Positions 24,961 to 38,100 of a DNA stretch of 64,000 nt are shown here, in pieces. Position numbers and translations under genes: made by a program. The stretch spans positions 69,642 to 133,641 of the forward strand of contig NMRA01000350.1 in the NCBI GenBank assembly GCA_002633005.1. Reading direction: 5' to 3'. The notes under the pieces were generated by a model, which was not told the origin of the DNA, did not search any database, and saw only the letters and a program-made list of their open reading frames with translations. Numbering within the stretch: the first letter of the stretch is position 1; each line of letters opens with the position of its first letter. Source of the stretch: Phoronis australis (taxonomy: Eukaryota; Animalia; Phoronida).

Positions 24961-27317
24961 ACTGCTGCAGTACCGAGAACGACTACGACCCTGACGACTA
25001 CTGCGACACCGAGAACTACCGGGAGACCGTCAACTACTACGAGACCGGCAACAAGGCCAACTTCGTGGCGAACAACAACAGGAAGGCAGACTCCCAGAAG
25101 ACCGCCAAGTACTGCGACACCCACGGAGCGTGGAAGATGTGGTAAATAAACTAATACATAATTGTCAAGGCAGCAGTAAAGTACAGTCGACGCACCATCA
25201 AAAGTTTTTTAGCAATGCACAATGTCATTTTCCGAGTTCCAAGTCCACAAGCGTGGAAGTGGAAGGTGACGGTAGGCATTTTTACAACGTGTAATGAACC
25301 GGCGGCCAACAAAATGTCGAAGGTGCTTTTCCCAAAGAACGCTACACACTCTACTTAGGAATATTCGCATTTCGAAATAGCATCGTCACTTGAAGGCATA
25401 TTTGTTCTACAAGTCTTTTTAAGTCTCTTGTCATGTGTTGAATTTTTAGTATGAAAAGCTTCATAGCTTTTGTTCTGTTTGCAGAATTCACATGTCCGCG
25501 AAGATACGGATTTTTTCCTGATCCGTGCAACTGCCGAAGATTCTTCCGATGTGTTCGTTCTGTGCCCATCGCTTTCACCTGCCCACGATTCACACTATGG
25601 GACGCAACGACGACTTCATGTAACCATCGCGCTTTTGTAAACTGCAGCCACATACTTGAATAACTGTTACTTTACGTGGAGGGTTACAACATTTAAAGCT
25701 GCAACTTGCGATACTCAGCTAGCTGACGTTTTAAACATATTTCGAGTTTTGAAATAAGTCTTTTCAACGTTTAAAATATTGCCATCTACAAGCAACCACA
25801 AATTGGTGCCGAATAAATCTAAGCGTTCCACATGAGCCAAGGCGACACAGTACCTGACCAGGTATTTCCGACGTTCACCTCCCCGCCATCATTGCAATCC
25901 ACATCTTGCCACGTGACCAAAATGTCATCACCCAATAACTAACTCACGGAAACAGCCATTGTTGTGTCACGTGGCGTACTTTGAATGAATGTCCTTGTGC
26001 GCTATTTTCAAATTTCACGGTTAGCTAAACCCCAAACTGTAGTGACGATTTTCTAACACGTTTTAAACAATTTTAAGACTCGTATTTTCTTCTTGGTCTT
26101 AGCATTGCAGGAAAAACTAAAGCCGATTTTATAAGAGCAAAAGTTCAAGTTCAAGTTTCGTTCTTCAGGTAGCTAAACACGGCGAGCAGCTTTAATTGGC
26201 TGCGTTTGATTCAATTCGCCTGTCCAGCAGGCTAAGACACTGTTGGTTCTTGATAACTGTTACAACAAAACCAATCAGATGTCTTAGCTGGTTAACACGA
26301 AATCAAGTTTAGATATTCTACACACTGCGTGGGACTTTAAAGAGCATTCATTGCTATTAACTTATGCTGATTTTTCTAACTCCAGTAAAGGGTCTCAAAA
26401 TTGTCTAATTGTCTTATCGTGGTGACAATTAATTTCAATCAGAATTATTAACGAAAGGATAACAGAATGCTGACTTGAAGAGGACCAAATGAAGACGGGC
26501 CGACTAGACCTGTCAAAAGTACAGTGTAGATGGCTTTCCACATTCTGAATGATCTGTTTCGGAACGAAAATAGTTTTTCTACCATGGTTTCGAAATGCTT
26601 TCGTCTTAAGTTATTAGCATGTGTTTTATAACTGGTGTAGTGAGTCAACTGCCGGGTACACCATGTAATATATTTGTAGCCTCCAATTTCCTCCTCGGAG
26701 GTGAATGCTATCTGCACATGTATGGACTTCATTCATTGTACAAGTTATGTGACTTTCAAATTGAAGAACGTGTGGCCTTTTGACTGGAGTTCGTACACGC
26801 ATGGATCTACGACGGGAACACCTCGGGTATTCTCATTGTGTCATCCCTCGGAGGCGTTTCATATCTGCGCATGTTAGAACTTGCAACACAACATCAAGAA
26901 GACGTAGTGAAGAGACTGTTAAAATTGTGGCTTCAACCTAGTTTTAGAAGTCGTACACGCGACTTCATTCTCAACACTTAGTCTGTCTATTGGTGCACTG
27001 TTAACTCAGCACAACAAGATAAAGTTTAGCTGCTGTCTCGCGGCTAGAAAAAATCTAACCAAAATCACGTGTTCTCATTTAAAATACACGACAATATCTC
27101 ACGCAATGTCACGAAGTCTTGCTTTTTTAGCGATGTACTGGCGTAGGTCCTAGCGTTAATGAACTCTACCCAGAATTCCGTAAGTCCCATGACTTGCCTG
27201 TTCGCACATGTGGAGATACGAAACACCTCCGAGCGACAATATGAGACTGCAAAAATACCCGAGGTGTTCCGAATGCTTGTAAGTATGAAGAAATGCTATT
27301 CTATGGAAACTGGACAG
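24961..27317 (+). repeat. Near-identical second copy of 22699-24959 (chitinase linker end, CBM14 exon and 3' region); probable allelic/assembly duplicate
   Basis: Starts right after the single N at 24960, mid-exon. Differs by scattered SNPs, small indels and a roughly 90-bp insertion at about 26321-26412. Confidence 0.9.
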
Positions 27318-27710
27318 ACCATTGTCTCAGTGTTGAGGCAAGATGCAGTTACCATAATATACCAGCTTGTCCATCTTGTTCTCTGCAGTTATACTGTGGT
27401 CAGAATTGAGCTCATAAGTGTTATTTTTGACTTACTAAACCACTCCAATCTTCAGTATTTTATATTTACTTCAAAATTGGGTCATGTCCCGCATATGTAG
27501 CACTCAATATCACTTTAAATTAGATAAATTAACACGCTCTAGTTGTAGTTTATCGACGGACAATGAGCCAGTGTTTTTTCATAGTTTCGCCAGGCAGGAC
27601 TTTTTGTTATAAATTCATGTTTCAGAAAATTGGGATTATTTCAAATCTGTATTTACACGTACTAATGAACAGAGCATCTGGTAAAGAAATGACATTCAAA
27701 TGTCATGTTT

Positions 27711-28201
27711 AAGTGGCATGGAACGTGAAAAACAGGCATTGCACTATGTGTTCAAAATAGATCTCTGCCACTGAAACAGAAGTCAAACAGTTCACGAGGT
27801 ATTTTTGTTTGCTATTGGTGCATTTCCTTTAGTTTCAAATTTCAAAAGCAACCTGTAAACTTTTTCGTCACTTCGTCAATTTTTCACCTTCACGAAAAAC
27901 AAAACACGCATCCTTTTTTTGGTATGGCAATACATTTCCCTTATATTGAAATGTGATCTTTGACCTTTGATGTAAATAAAAATGGTGTGCGGATGAATAT
28001 TATTAAGGACGGAGAATTTGAAGTCTGTATCGGTATGAGTTTTCATTTTGTCTGTCTTTCAAAAATAGTGAATGTGACAATTTTTCTAGAAATTGGTGCA
28101 ATGTTCAAAGTGAATAACTTTCACCTTAGCATCATCAAGCAGTAGATTTGCCTCGATCTGTTTACAGACGTTTTTGCGAGTTTTCGCGTTCCATGCCTCT
28201 T
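27711..28201. mobile_element. Non-autonomous DNA transposon with 21-bp TIRs; partial copy at about 18790-19280
   Basis: aagtggcatggaacgtgaaaa / ttttcgcgttccatgcctctt; internal blocks shared with the chitinase intron copy. Confidence 0.7.
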
Positions 28202-28462
28202 GGATCCTTAATGTCATGTAAAGCATGCACGCTGTGCACTGGGCTTTGTACAGGTTATTGTCACGATATTTTCACGTTTGTTTTCTTTAATTGCAATTTC
28301 TTTTCAAATAAACAAGTATCACGTGTGCAAAGCTGTTACTGTTGTTTCAGCTTCTCGAGACCCAAGCGTTAGCCAGTTACACTTTTAAACGAAAATTATG
28401 AACACAAGTGGAATATCGAATTTGCTTCGCATAAGTAAAATAACACAATCGGACAAAGAATA

Positions 28463-28468
28463 TTTAAT
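28463..28468 (-). promoter_or_regulatory. Putative collagen IV polyadenylation signal (ATTAAA)
   Basis: About 400 bp after the stop, followed on the - strand by a GT/T-rich tract. Confidence 0.4.
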
Positions 28469-28865
28469 CTTCCTCGTGAAGAATGTCTACATACATGAAG
28501 TGCAACTGTTGTCAACCGCGAGGAAATAATTCCTCTTGGCTGACAAACTAAATATAAAGCTACTTATGAGGTGTCAAACATATGAGGCAGTTGCTGGTTG
28601 AGTACGGACGTAATAATCTAAAACGAGCAGATTTTTCAATTTCTAATAAGAAATTTAACGAAATATACACCTACAGCAACGGATCTTTCCGATTAATTTG
28701 AAATCTTAAAATCCTGTGAGAAGGAACGTCAAGATCGTCTGCATTACCGTGCTTAAAATGTACATATTCGCCTAGTTACGAGAGAGCTACAGTGCGCTTA
28801 GTTATTTTGATGAATATTTATACAAGCTTTTTGCCAACTTTCGGGTAAATAATTACAGATCACGA

Positions 28866-29111
28866 TTACGATCCCAAAACGCAGACTCTGCATCGACCGA
28901 CATTGTTCAAATGTTCTCCAGCTTTCAACGTGGCCGCTTCGACGTTCAATCCATCCTCCGGGATCGAGACCAGCCAAAAACTGTATTTTTCTGAATAAAA
29001 ATGACACTGGCCACGTGACGTGCATTCAACGTAGGGATTAACTCGGAACGTTTCCATGCAGCTTCCTGGACTCTCTAACCTTTGACCTCCGCCAAAATCC
29101 CCGACGGCGTG
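28866..29111 (-). CDS. COL4A: Collagen IV last exon (NC1 C-terminal half)
   Basis: [23 protein letters not shown]...KYSFWL...TLKAG...RCRVCVLGS*. Confidence 0.95.
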   Translation of the reverse strand, partial: HAVGDFGGGQRLESPGSCMETFRVNPYVECTSRGQCHFYSEKYSFWLVSIPEDGLNVEAATLKAGEHLNNVGRCRVCVLGS

Positions 29112-32100
29112 CTGTGGGAATTAAAAATAGCACGTGTCACGTAAAATGAAACTGAGATTTCATTTCGATACGTATGAGATAGAACACCAGTCTCAGACCG
29201 TATCTTCTCTAATCTGAGTGTAGGTGATATCTGAGAGGAGAAACATCATATGATTGAATCGTTGACAAAATAAATAATTACACATTTTCCAAACACAGCG
29301 AAATGCCACCGCAAAAAGGGAATTGAACTGATTAATGACGTAACTTGAAGATATCCCATCATTCTATTGAAAGTCTTTATGACGTTTCATTTCATGACGT
29401 TTTTACCATGGCAACAATGTGATAGAACCAAGAAACGCAAATCTTGAGATAAGTACTACTTTACACTATGGTGTGATTCAAAACAATAATTGTGGGCAAA
29501 CTGTAGAGTTTCAAAAGAAAAAAATCATGTATTAGATCCGATTTGACGTATTCTGCGTACGGGCAGAGTAGTGAATCCTACTAGTTTCTGCGACTGCACA
29601 CGTACCGGTATGTGAAAACCTACATGTACAATGGGGTCAAAATTTCCACAATTTCCACAATGACTAATTGGACAAGACTGCAGAAAAGGCAAACAAAAAT
29701 AAGGAGATGGTCGTTTCATTTCCTCTCGAGGATACCATTTTCCCAAATTGTAAGAATGCGTCTTGTTTAAGAACGCACAGGAAGCAAGAAGCTGGATGAA
29801 AATCTGATGACGGCTATCAGTGAAACAGTATCTTCAAATGCGCTTAAGCCGAAGGCAAAGTAAAAGAGGCCAGAAACGTTGAATCTGTTGTACAATGTAT
29901 AGTTGTGATTAAATGTGGCATTAAAGGACACAGAACGTTGCATGCATAGAGGAACAAGCACGGGCTTCGCATCTCAAAAGACACTGGATGAACGCAATCA
30001 GTGAAGTTTTGAGTAAAGGACACAATTCCCTTACTTAGCTGTTCGACGGAAAAATTAACCAAGAAAAGGCTAGGACTTTTTTGTTTGGTGCAAGGGCTGA
30101 GGAACGTGTCAACTCTATGGGCCATGTGACAGAGATATGCGAGATCAAGGTGACATCCGGCAGGAACAAAGAGTTAAGCTTGTATATGTTCAAGATTTAC
30201 AAGTGCATACGAATTGTTTGCATACTATGTAGCCGAAATGCCGGAAGAACGAAATGAAAGGTTTTTGGAGTATTCTCAACATGTGGAAACAAGAAGTTGG
30301 NGAAAAGGCAAACAAAAATAAGGAGATGGTCGTTTCATTTCCTCTCGAGGATACCATTTTCCCAAATTGTAAGAATGCGTCTTGTTTAAGAACGCACAGG
30401 AAGCAAGAAGCTGGATGAAAATCTGATGACGGCTATCAGTGAAACAATATCTTCAAATGCGCTTAAGCAGAAGGCAAAGTAAAAGAGGCCAGAAACGTTG
30501 AATCTGTTGTACAATGTATAGTTGTGATTAAATGTGGCATTAAAGGACACAGAACGTTGCATGCATAGAGGAACAAGCACGGGCTTCGCATCTCAAAAGA
30601 CACTGGATGAACGCAATCAGTGAAGTTTTGAGTAAAGGACACAATTCCCTTACTTAGCTGTTCGACGGACAAATTAACCAAGAAAAGGCTAGGGCTTTTT
30701 TGTTTGGTGCAAGGGCTGAGGAACGTGTCAACTCTATGGGCCATGTGACAGAGATATGCGAGATCAAGGTGACATCCGGCAGGAACAAAGAGTTAAGCTT
30801 GTATATGTTCAAGATTTACAAGTGCATACGAATTGTTTGCATACTGTGTAGCCGAAATCCCGGAAGAACGAAATGAAAGGTTTTTGGAGTATTCTCAACA
30901 TGTGGAAACAAGAAGTTGGATGAAACTGCAGTCGAATGATTTCACTGGCTCCACTGGTTCAAGTGGTCAAGACAGCTGATTGGTCCCTAAGCCGTTAAGT
31001 AGTCGCCGATAACCAATCCTATGTCACAGCCGGTTGACCCAGCGGAACAGCGAAGTCAAACAATTGCAGCCAATGTCTTCAATTACCAAAAGTCCTGTCT
31101 ATGCTAGCACTCGTTATTTTCCCTTATGGAATATACGGGGCAGAATAATCCCCCTTGCATGAGTTTGGCAAACTTATGATCGAATACAGGCAGTCTACCC
31201 TGTAAGCCAAAGTAAGCAGTTATGTTTCTGAATTACGGATAATTATGACAGGTTTTGTTACCAGACACAACAGACACAAGGTAAGTGCACCATTTTGATA
31301 TTCTGGTATACAAGAAGCTGGACATCAGCGTTTACAATAAAAGAGAATCAGTTATCATAAACTTTGAAATAGTCTAAGTGCGAGTATAAATCCCGAATTA
31401 CTCACCATAACGAAACTGTACCCGTCCCAAAGAGATTTCCATCCTCTTGGACATTGTGGTATCGAGTTGGTTTGACTATGAAGCGCCATTACTGGGGCGG
31501 GTGCCTGACAGACCGAACACCTGCTGATGTACGGAATAACATCCGGTCCTTCCACTGGCATCATCGGGGTCTGTTTGCTAGTGGACAGCCAGTAACTCGT
31601 TGCCGTTCTATGTGCGTAATTGCACACGTTGTGGATGTTACAAAACATAAATGGCATTGGGCTGAATTTTCGCATACATGACCCAGAACTTCCTGTAATG
31701 AAACAGTATTCAAGAACATAGCGCGAAACTACTCTCGAGACATTCCCCAATACTGTGGCCACATAAATATTCTTTCGTCTTTCAGTACAATCTAGGTAAC
31801 AAGTAACGCCTACTAGTCTGTCATTGGGGTTAATATGAGACTATATACACACGTGTAATTTTAATGTCGGTAGTCAAATTCTAGCTAGCGAGTAAAAAGC
31901 TTTCACCTCATCTAAAATACATGTTAAACTGATAAAAATCCCTTATAAAATCGCATACTTTCTGATCTGTGCATGCCCGCAATGAAGCACTGCATATGGG
32001 AATTAAGATTCATTTTGCAAAGAATTCCAATTCCACTCTTTGGTGTTTTGAACTTGTTGTCGCGACAACTACCGATAAGCTCACGGTGGGTGACGTAATA

Positions 32101-35100
32101 CTAGTAAGGAAAACTTAAAATGGCGGCCTGCGAGGGAAGCTCAAGTGAAACTCGACAGAGTTGCTGATTTAAAGGAGAATGCCACCTCATTTATTTCGCT
32201 TTTTACTGTCATAATGGTCTATTTCCACATCACCTCGTATACGGTCGATCTCACTTCGCCAAAAAGCTGCCACCTCAATCTGTGAGCAAGGTGAGTAAAC
32301 AACGTAGCGGCGTCAGTGGTGCTTCAGCTGAGTGTGTGCTACTACGGTGGGGCGTATCGCAACGCTCGTGCGAACCATGAAGCTGGGAGGAAGGCGGGTG
32401 CATCGTTTTTTCAATTTCCTCGAGAACCCGAAATGCTTCGGAAGTGACTCGCGGCAGTAAAGAAAAGCATGCCTTTATTACGAAGTATGAGGCCGTGAAA
32501 TATCTCGTGTCTGTGGCCGGCATTGTTCTGTTTCAAAATGAATTATTCTCACCCTATAAAACCAATGTTTACATGAAACTGAAACAAAGTGTCAAAATCT
32601 GTCTCAGTAGATACAGTTTGTAATCTGTTTGGAGTGTTCGTGAGTGCAAATGCTTTGAGAAACCAACAATGAATAAATCATTCTGCGTTATTGGCTTCAG
32701 ATGCAATAAAACTGAAATTGACCGAACACCCGAGAGTGTGTGAGCGTATGCTAATTCAGTGTTTGCCGACAGAAAGCTGTTGTGAAACAATAACTCGGTT
32801 TTATATGCTATGGAAAGCTGTAAGTAGAATTTTATTTAGATATAATATATGTATACATTATTCGAATCACTGTTCAACCTTTCGCCCTGGCGACGGTTCT
32901 GTGGAAAGGGATCCTGACTTCGCGGCCTCTGACGAGTAAGTAGATTTGCAGTTTTGCGGCTAATTCACCAAGATATTCACGTGCACGTCATTTCTTTGGG
33001 TTCGGTAGTCCAGTCTTTTCGTGACTGGAAGTCCAGTTTTCAATTTTGTCAGCCGACTAACTCGGCTGGTTTATGTTCTTGATGTATCCAGGCCGCGACT
33101 GGCCTGATTGGGTTCCGAGCCATTGAATTGTATCGAGCATTTTGAGCGTTTTGGACTGAAATCACCAATACACGGCCATTCTCTCATGTCTGTATTTTAC
33201 AGACGAATAACTCTAATTAATCACCGAACACATCCAACCTTAATTACCGCAACCGATCTCCGTAAGTTGGCCTACCGAACTTTGAAGGCAACGTTTCGTT
33301 AAAAATTTCTAGAAATCCGTAACAGCGAAATAAACAACCCGTTCGTTTAAAAAACTCAATGTATTTGTAAGGGTTTTGCGTAGAATTTCGGTGTAAAGCG
33401 ATGAAGTCGATAAATTGACACAGTAAGCCTGTTGTGAACTGCTGAACAGACGGTGTTAGAGCCTATGACGTCATCGGTTAATTTCAGCACCTCCGTCTGG
33501 TGTCAGGTAAAATAACTGTACTTGCTTTTATTGAATGGAATTACTCAATATAAATTGATTCAAAATACGTTGTTTTTTATGGCATTTTACTTTAATTCTC
33601 ATATGAGTCGTGGTATGTGTTAATTATCTTAATTCTTTGCTTATATGTGCATGCTTCATTAAATAATAAAACAAGAAAGTTTTAATGGAAAATATAGTCA
33701 CCTCTCCTTGGGTGTCACCAGAATTGGTGCAACACCCTAAGTGAATTCTTGTCTAGTATGTACATAAACAGCCTTCATTTGATATTTCACAAGACTCTTA
33801 ACGCGTTGATGTTGTACTTGAACACTAGCGAATAGAAATTTCACTTTGCTGTTCGAAGATCTCACCTAAATCTTGAACATGCGCCCTGCCTTCATCTTCA
33901 GTATGTAAGAGACTGTAACCATCCCACATTTTTGCATAACCTTGTGGGCACTCAGGAGTGCGGTCTGATTGGCTGTGACGCGTGATGACGTAAGCCGACG
34001 GCCCGGCGATACCCCTTGATCCTTCTTCTCCTGTTCATAGACGAGTTCGACATAACAAGTTTGTTCTGGTTCACATGGCCTACCCTACACATCACAGTTA
34101 TAAGTATACAAACAAAAATTGCTTGTAACGCTATAGTTAAATACTCGTTATTTTGATTTCGCTAACTATATATATATATAGGTTATACAACGTACGTGTT
34201 TGTACCAGTGTGTTATTATATCGAGATTCGTGATATGCAAAAGTATTTGAACGAGGGCTTCGCGCGTTGAATACGGAAAATACATATTCAATGCTCGTTG
34301 AATACGGAAAAGTAGTTCTTCCATTTCAAACCTCACAATACAACCCTTATTTCATGGACATATTATCATGCGTATAGGATAAAATTGTTATTTTCAGCGC
34401 CTGAACTTGACTTATATTAACATTTTCTCAACATCAGCAGTTTTGTAACTATGAAGCTGACGAGTCTAAATGTGACAGAAGTGGAGGCCTACATGAAAAT
34501 GACGTAGTGTTCCGATAGAAACTTTAGAAATTTACTTTTTCCTTTCAAACCGTCTTTCCCAGGTATACCACTCTCACCAGGCAAGCCTGGCTCTCCAGCT
34601 ATACCGGGCTCGCCCTGTGGTCCTTGTGGTTCTGTTACACCTATACCTGGATCACCTTGGGGTCCAGCCATGCCGGGTTTACCTACTCCCCCTGGTTCAC
34701 TTTTCTGTCCAACACCTATCTCCCTCTTTGCGGCTTGTTTTCCCTGAGGGCCTGGTAAACCAGGTGCGCCGACCTCACCAGGCTCTCCGGCAGGTCCACG
34801 CTCACCTGGTATACCGGGAATACCAGCGGCGGGTCCTATGTCGCCTGATCGTACGTCGAGACCAGGTGACTGTTGTGGCCAAATTGATTTCGTTTAGTAA
34901 TTTACTGATAGGCTAATTTTATGGAAGCGTATAGGTGCCACAACACCCTAGAAACTTCGCAACACCCTAGATACTTCACAACACCCCACACAAACTCCCC
35001 ACAATACTTTCACAAATTCATAACTTCCCAGAAGCCACAACAACGCCCACAGTCCGCAACACCCCTGAAGTAAGCCAAAGTAAGTCCGTAGCGGAGGCAT

Positions 35101-38100
35101 GTGTAGCTCCCTCAAAAATGACTAAAGTGGGTTAGGTCAGGTTTGACGGCAGTTTTGTGGACTAGATGAGAAGTGATTGCCAGGAATGGTATTCAGTAGT
35201 CCCCTATACTGTTGTTTTAAGTAAGCTGAGTCCAGAAATTTGGCCTTTGTGCTCTTGTCTACTAGGGTAAGGAAGTGCGGTAATTTTGAGGGCACAACCT
35301 TATTGAGTCTTGAATTCTTGGAGCGAATCCAGGTACTCTTCAGACAAGTGGAATTTGTCAAAAGTGTGACTGGTAATGAAACATTTTAAGTTAACCCGAA
35401 TTTCTGGACTCTATAGTAAAAGAGCATTCAAATCATGGTCTCTTTTCTTGCACCGGGGCAGTTGGGAATTTATGATTTTAGGTAAAATATGGCCAAAATC
35501 ACACTTTTTGGTCATTTTTGGCAACTCGATTTTTCACGATGGATGTAGGAAGATAAAAAGACACCGCTTTGTTGATTTTCTTCCTTTTTCGAGAAACACC
35601 ACAAAGTGTACTTTCTGCCAATCATGCCCTTGTCAGGTGTCTAAGACAGCTGTGCAAACAAGAGCTTTGGTTGGCTCAGGCCAGTGGTAAGGTCAAAATC
35701 AGCCACTGGTACTTTGGTCTAACTCCTGTGGATTTCGTAGTGTTTTGTATTCTGTAGGGGTTATCACAATCTGGGTAAATGCTAAAAGATACATGTCGGA
35801 ATGTTGCGTGGATTCTGTGGTGTTGTGGCGGCAGGAGGAATCTTTGTAGAGTGTTGTGGTGTTTGTGGTATATTGTGCTACCCATTCGTTTCCATATGAT
35901 TTATGTCGCTTACGTAGTTTACTCACGAAGTTAATTCATATATATATAAATAATTGCAGGCAGTCTGATACACGTTGTACCAGACGTGCGCAGGCCTCGC
36001 ATGTGGGCCCATTGCACTGATCACCTGGAAATATTTTTATGCTTTATTGATATATGGTTAAAACCGAGCTGAGGAGCTAGAATCCTGGCTCAAGGGCTTA
36101 GCAGTGTGACCAGGTGGGACTTGAACCCACGACCTCGAGTAAAGAAAGCGGGCACTTATCAACCAGGTCACACTGCCTCCTCAGTTAATTCATAAAGTAT
36201 AGCCTACATTGTATGCAGTATTTCAATCCCAAGTGCCACTACTGATTTTACCTTTTAAACCAGGTTCGCCTGGATTTCCTTCGACACCTTGTTCTCCCTT
36301 TTGTCCAACACCCGGATCTCCTTTCGGTCCTCTTTCACCCCGATCTCCTGGTTTACCCTGCGGACCAAAGTCTCCCGGCAAGCCATCAGGTCCCGCAGGT
36401 CCTTGCTCACCGCGATTTCCTTTCTGACCTGGATCTCCACGGTCACCTGGTGCGCCCCTTTCACCTGTAATTCGTCCAAACATACAAGCAATAGCAGGAC
36501 TGTCCTTCCCGTCATTGTCTCGAACCCGTTAATGAATTAAAATGTTGTAAATTCACGTTGTCGCCAAGGAGTTGACTTTTGCTAAAGTAACGTAATCAGG
36601 GATAGTTTAACGAGCTCGCCCCGCGTCAATTACGCATAAAACATTAGCTGAGACGCTCTAAGACAATGCAAACTAGCTTTCACCGAAAATGCAGGTCTCA
36701 TGAGTCAACTGTCGATTTATGCGCTTAGTTGAAATCCAATTATCCGTTTAAATAGATCACTAATCACGTAACATACTGAGGTAGTGGACGAAATCTAACA
36801 TATTACCGGGTAAATGTCACCCGCCAAAATCAAACAGAAGAAGGTCCTAAACATTGGTCCATACATTTGAGGCCATGTGGGTCAATTGACTTTGTGGCCA
36901 CATTTATTTATAAATGACCGCTTTAAGAATCAACTTCACTTGTGCTACGCCTAGAAAGATTTTCTATTCCAAACAGTTCCCAAAACCGTCTTTGATGAGC
37001 AAGTCGGTCCCCGACACCAGGCGTGCGTTCAGTAAGGCTAGGACCTTCGCTAGGACCTCGCTAAAGTTTAGCCAAAGTCACGAGTTTCCGTTTAAAATAC
37101 ACGGCAATATCTCACGTAATCTCGCGAAGTCTTGCTTTTTAGCGAGGTCGTAGCGTTCCTGAACGGGAGGCATGTTTGTCAAGCGATGCATCTCACGAAT
37201 GAGGATTTAAAACATTTAGTCTAATGAAAGTTTCACGTAAAAATACAAGTTATAGTTCACAACACGTACTTCCCGGGCGATTTTTAGCTCTTGGCATGAA
37301 ACCCAAAGGAGTTGAATGGATTTCAACTAATAACATGACTCCATTTGGACTACTGAGGTGAAAATAAAAATGTCCGAAAATTGTGAGATGTTCGGAGTGA
37401 CCTGTTAATGATTTGAAAAGCTGTATCATAAAGGCATGTGGATATCGGTGCGGAGTTTCAGTTTATTTCCAATTAGTAACACGACAAACTTTCATGAACC
37501 TTTGAGACAAGCTATGCGAGTATTTTTAAGTATAAACATATCGGTCTAATTTACGGTGTCGCGTAGTGTCCAGATACGTAGTTTGATGGAACGCGTGGGA
37601 GCAACATTGCAATTCCATTAAAAATGATAACGAAACATACGATCACAGTTTAATGGACACAAAAATACCTGTGTCTAAGCATTCTACGAAATGTCTTACC
37701 GATTTGGCCCTTTGGACCGGGCTCGCCCATCAACCCCACACCATCTTCTCCGCGGTTTCCTTTCTCGCCGATCGGTCCTGGCGGTCCGGTTACACCAATT
37801 GGTCCCTGTGGTCCCAGTGCGCCAGGATCTCCCTTTTCTCCACTTGGTCCTGGCTCACCGACACCCGGTATGCCATCTTCTCCACGGTTTCCCTTTATTC
37901 CCACTCCAGGTTTTCCAGCTGGTCCGATCGGACCTCGTTCTCCTTTCTCTCCCTGTGGTCCCGTGTCACCAACTTTACCAGGAGAACCAATCGCTCCAAC
38001 TTCTCCCTTCAAGCCTTGTGGTCCAGGTTCGCCGTCATTGCCGTCTGAACCATCTTGTCCTGGGAAACCTCGTTTTCCCATTGGTCCTATTCTGCCTTCG

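Noticed and set aside
24961-25663. Second chitinase gene or a double-CBM14 isoform
   Set aside because: Begins mid-exon at an N, follows the first copy's stop codon, and fits an allelic overlap.
29560-30930. Possible transposon protein remnant on the + strand (KLVYVQDL)
   Set aside because: Similarity too weak and fragmented to call without a search.
34930-35890. Foldback-like element with CACAACACC / GGTGTTGTG repeats at each end
   Set aside because: Ends too degenerate to define boundaries or a TSD.
36100-36180. Functional tRNA gene
   Set aside because: No clean cloverleaf, and it is embedded in a TSD-flanked tailed element; better explained as a SINE head.
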